Shown here: positions 62,434 to 64,000 of the stretch, piece after piece | How positions within the stretch are numbered: position 1 is the first letter of the stretch | How the letters are laid out: every line of letters begins with the position of its first letter | NCBI GenBank assembly: GCA_017935065.1 | Contig: JAGBIF010000031.1 | Coordinates: 302 to 64,301, forward strand | DNA: 64,000 nucleotides | DNA from: Clostridia bacterium | GTDB lineage: Bacteria > Bacillota > Clostridia > Oscillospirales > CAG-272 | Direction of reading: 5' to 3' | The notes under the pieces: model-generated | What the model was told of the DNA's origin: nothing | The model's database searches: none | The model's input: only the letters and a program-made list of their open reading frames with translations | Made by a program: the position numbers and the translations under genes

Positions 62434-63192
62434 ATGGGACAGAAGGTTAATCCCCACGGTCTGCGCGTCGGCGTAATCAAGAACTGGGATTCCAGATGGT
62501 TCGTTGACGACAAGGAGTTCGGTGATACGCTTGTTTCGGATAACAAGGTAAGAACTTATGTAAAGAATAAGCTTCAGGCAGCAGGCGTTCCCAAGGTAGA
62601 GATCGAGCGTGATGCAAATCGCGTAAGAGTATTCATTCAGTGCGCAAAGCCCGGTATCGTAATCGGTCAGCGCGGCGCTGCTATCGAAGAACTCAGAAAA
62701 GAGCTTGAGGCAATGCTTGGCACCGCGGTTGTGGTAAACGTTATCGAGATCAAGAACCCCGATCTTAACGCACAGCTCGTTGCAGAGTCTATTTCGGCTC
62801 AGCTCGAAAAGAGAGTTTCCTTCCGTCGCGCAATGAAGCTTGCTATCGGCAGAACCATGAAAGCAGGCGTTAAGGGTATCAAGGTATCCTGCAGCGGCCG
62901 TCTTGGCGGCGCTGAGATTGCGCGTACCGAGCATTACCACGAGGGAACTATTCCGCTTCAGACACTCAGAGCCGACATTGACTACGGCTTCTACGAGGCG
63001 AACACCACCTACGGTAAGATAGGCGTTAAGGTCTGGATCTACAGAGGCGAGGTTCTCGCTGAGGTTCAGAACAGCGATCGCAAGCGCGACCGTCAGGAAA
63101 GACGCCCCAGAAGAAACGACAAGGACCGCCGCCCTCAGAACAGAGACGGTCAGCGCCGTAGCTTCAAGAAGAACGCAGAGGAGGGCAGATAA
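62434..63192 (+). CDS. rpsC: 30S ribosomal protein S3 (with a basic C-terminal extension)
   Basis: [13 protein letters not shown] ... [11 protein letters not shown]. Confidence 0.98.
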   Translation: MGQKVNPHGLRVGVIKNWDSRWFVDDKEFGDTLVSDNKVRTYVKNKLQAAGVPKVEIERDANRVRVFIQCAKPGIVIGQRGAAIEELRKELEAMLGTAVVVNVIEIKNPDLNAQLVAESISAQLEKRVSFRRAMKLAIGRTMKAGVKGIKVSCSGRLGGAEIARTEHYHEGTIPLQTLRADIDYGFYEANTTYGKIGVKVWIYRGEVLAEVQNSDRKRDRQERRPRRNDKDRRPQNRDGQRRSFKKNAEEGR

Positions 63193-63193
63193 T

Positions 63194-63622
63194 ATGTTAA
63201 TGCCTAAGAGAGTAAAGTACAGACGCGTTCATCGCGGAAGACTTACAGGTAAGGCCCTTCGCGGCAACACCGTAACCAACGGCTCATTCGGTCTTATGGC
63301 TACCGAGCCTGCTTGGATTACCGCAAACCAGATCGAGGCTGCCCGTATCGCAATGACGAGATACGTAAAGCGTGGCGGTAAGGTCTGGATCAAGATATTC
63401 CCCGACAAGCCTATCACAGAAAAGCCTGCCGAGACTCGAATGGGTTCAGGTAAGGGCTCGCCCGAGTATTGGGTTGCCGTTGTTAAGCCCGGACGCGTAA
63501 TGTTCGAGATGGACGGCGTTACTGAGGAGCAGGCAAAAGAAGCAATGCGTCTTGCATCTCACAAGCTTCCCATCAAGTGCAAGTTTGTGAAGAAGGCAGA
63601 CCTTGAAACCGAGGAGGCTTAA
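63194..63622 (+). CDS. rplP: 50S ribosomal protein L16
   Basis: [16 protein letters not shown] ... [19 protein letters not shown]. Confidence 0.98.
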   Translation: MLMPKRVKYRRVHRGRLTGKALRGNTVTNGSFGLMATEPAWITANQIEAARIAMTRYVKRGGKVWIKIFPDKPITEKPAETRMGSGKGSPEYWVAVVKPGRVMFEMDGVTEEQAKEAMRLASHKLPIKCKFVKKADLETEEA

Positions 63623-63626
63623 GCAG

Positions 63627-63815
63627 ATGAAGGCAAATGAACTTAGAGAAATGACCGCCGAGCAGCTCAACAAGAAGCTCGGTGAGCTCAAGGAAGAGTA
63701 TTTCAATCTTCGTTTTCAGCTTGAGGTTAAGCAGCTTGACAATCCTCACAAGATTACAGCGGTTAAGCACGATATTGCCCGCGTAATGACTGTTCTTCGC
63801 GAGAAGAATGCTTAA
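63627..63815 (+). CDS. rpmC: 50S ribosomal protein L29
   Basis: [31 protein letters not shown]. The track start at 63603 overlaps rplP. Confidence 0.95.
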   Translation: MKANELREMTAEQLNKKLGELKEEYFNLRFQLEVKQLDNPHKITAVKHDIARVMTVLREKNA

Positions 63816-63829
63816 TGGAGGACAAAAAG

Positions 63830-64000
63830 ATGACTGAGACTCGTAAGCTTAGAAAAGTAAGAATTGGTAAGGTAGTAAGTGATAAGATGGACAAGACCAT
63901 CGTCGTTGCTATCGAGGACAACGTTCGTCACCCCAAGTACGGAAAGATCATCAAGAGAACGGTTAAGATCCACGCTCACGATGAGAAGAACGCATGCGGT
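63830..64000 (+). CDS. rpsQ: 30S ribosomal protein S17 (5' part; truncated by the window end)
   Basis: Manual translation gives [57 protein letters not shown] lies upstream. Confidence 0.9.
   Translation, partial: MTETRKLRKVRIGKVVSDKMDKTIVVAIEDNVRHPKYGKIIKRTVKIHAHDEKNACG

Noticed and set aside
59316-62940. Several 170-230-aa minus-strand ORFs across the ribosomal protein operon
   Set aside because: They are antisense to universally conserved r-protein genes. They are shadow ORFs.

Overview
This looks like a chromosomal window from an endospore-forming Firmicute, probably Clostridia-like. The evidence is sigG, spoIVB, a SleB-type lytic enzyme and a DUF3794/LysM protein.

Layout:
- 1-13.1 kb: an unbroken run of minus-strand genes (NYN protein, PHP phosphoesterase, APH-type kinase, GH43, GDPD, L-serine dehydratase, M55 peptidase). 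At 6290-10348 it includes a largely AT-rich cassette encoding a TIR-domain protein, a membrane-anchored HNH/zinc-ribbon nuclease, a degenerate RNase III-like protein, an ICMT-type methyltransferase and an orphan. This cassette is my best candidate for an undescribed defence-type system. Beyond it, still on the minus strand, are a decayed four-helix-bundle gene, rlmD and an AraC regulator.
- 13.2-13.8 kb: tRNA-Glu(CUC), followed by two tandem tRNA-derived structured elements that differ by compensatory base-pair changes.
- 14.9-25.4 kb: two tandem paralogous ~870-aa beta-helix lipoproteins, a GH28-like lipoprotein and a GH3 beta-glucosidase.
- 25.5-28.2 kb: SleB-like hydrolase, a phosphoribosyltransferase and sigG.
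- 28.6-43.9 kb: a 15-gene Wzx/Wzy-type polysaccharide locus with GC-normal flanks and an AT-rich variable core.
- 44-49 kb: an accessory stretch with an HTH-Fic protein, an 841-aa Cys-repeat lipoprotein that has a long structured leader, and an orphan.
- 49-58 kb: spoIVB (plus a duplicated relic of its 3' end), hprK, a DUF3794/LysM protein and polA.
- 58.6-64 kb: the start of the S10 ribosomal-protein operon.

Intergenic DNA throughout carries an unusual family of arrays. Miniature hairpins (mostly GC-TTC-GC or GC-GAA-GC cores) alternate with short constant words.

No transposase, integrase, rRNA or CRISPR array was seen. All GC statements are by eye, and all homology statements come from motif recognition, not searches.
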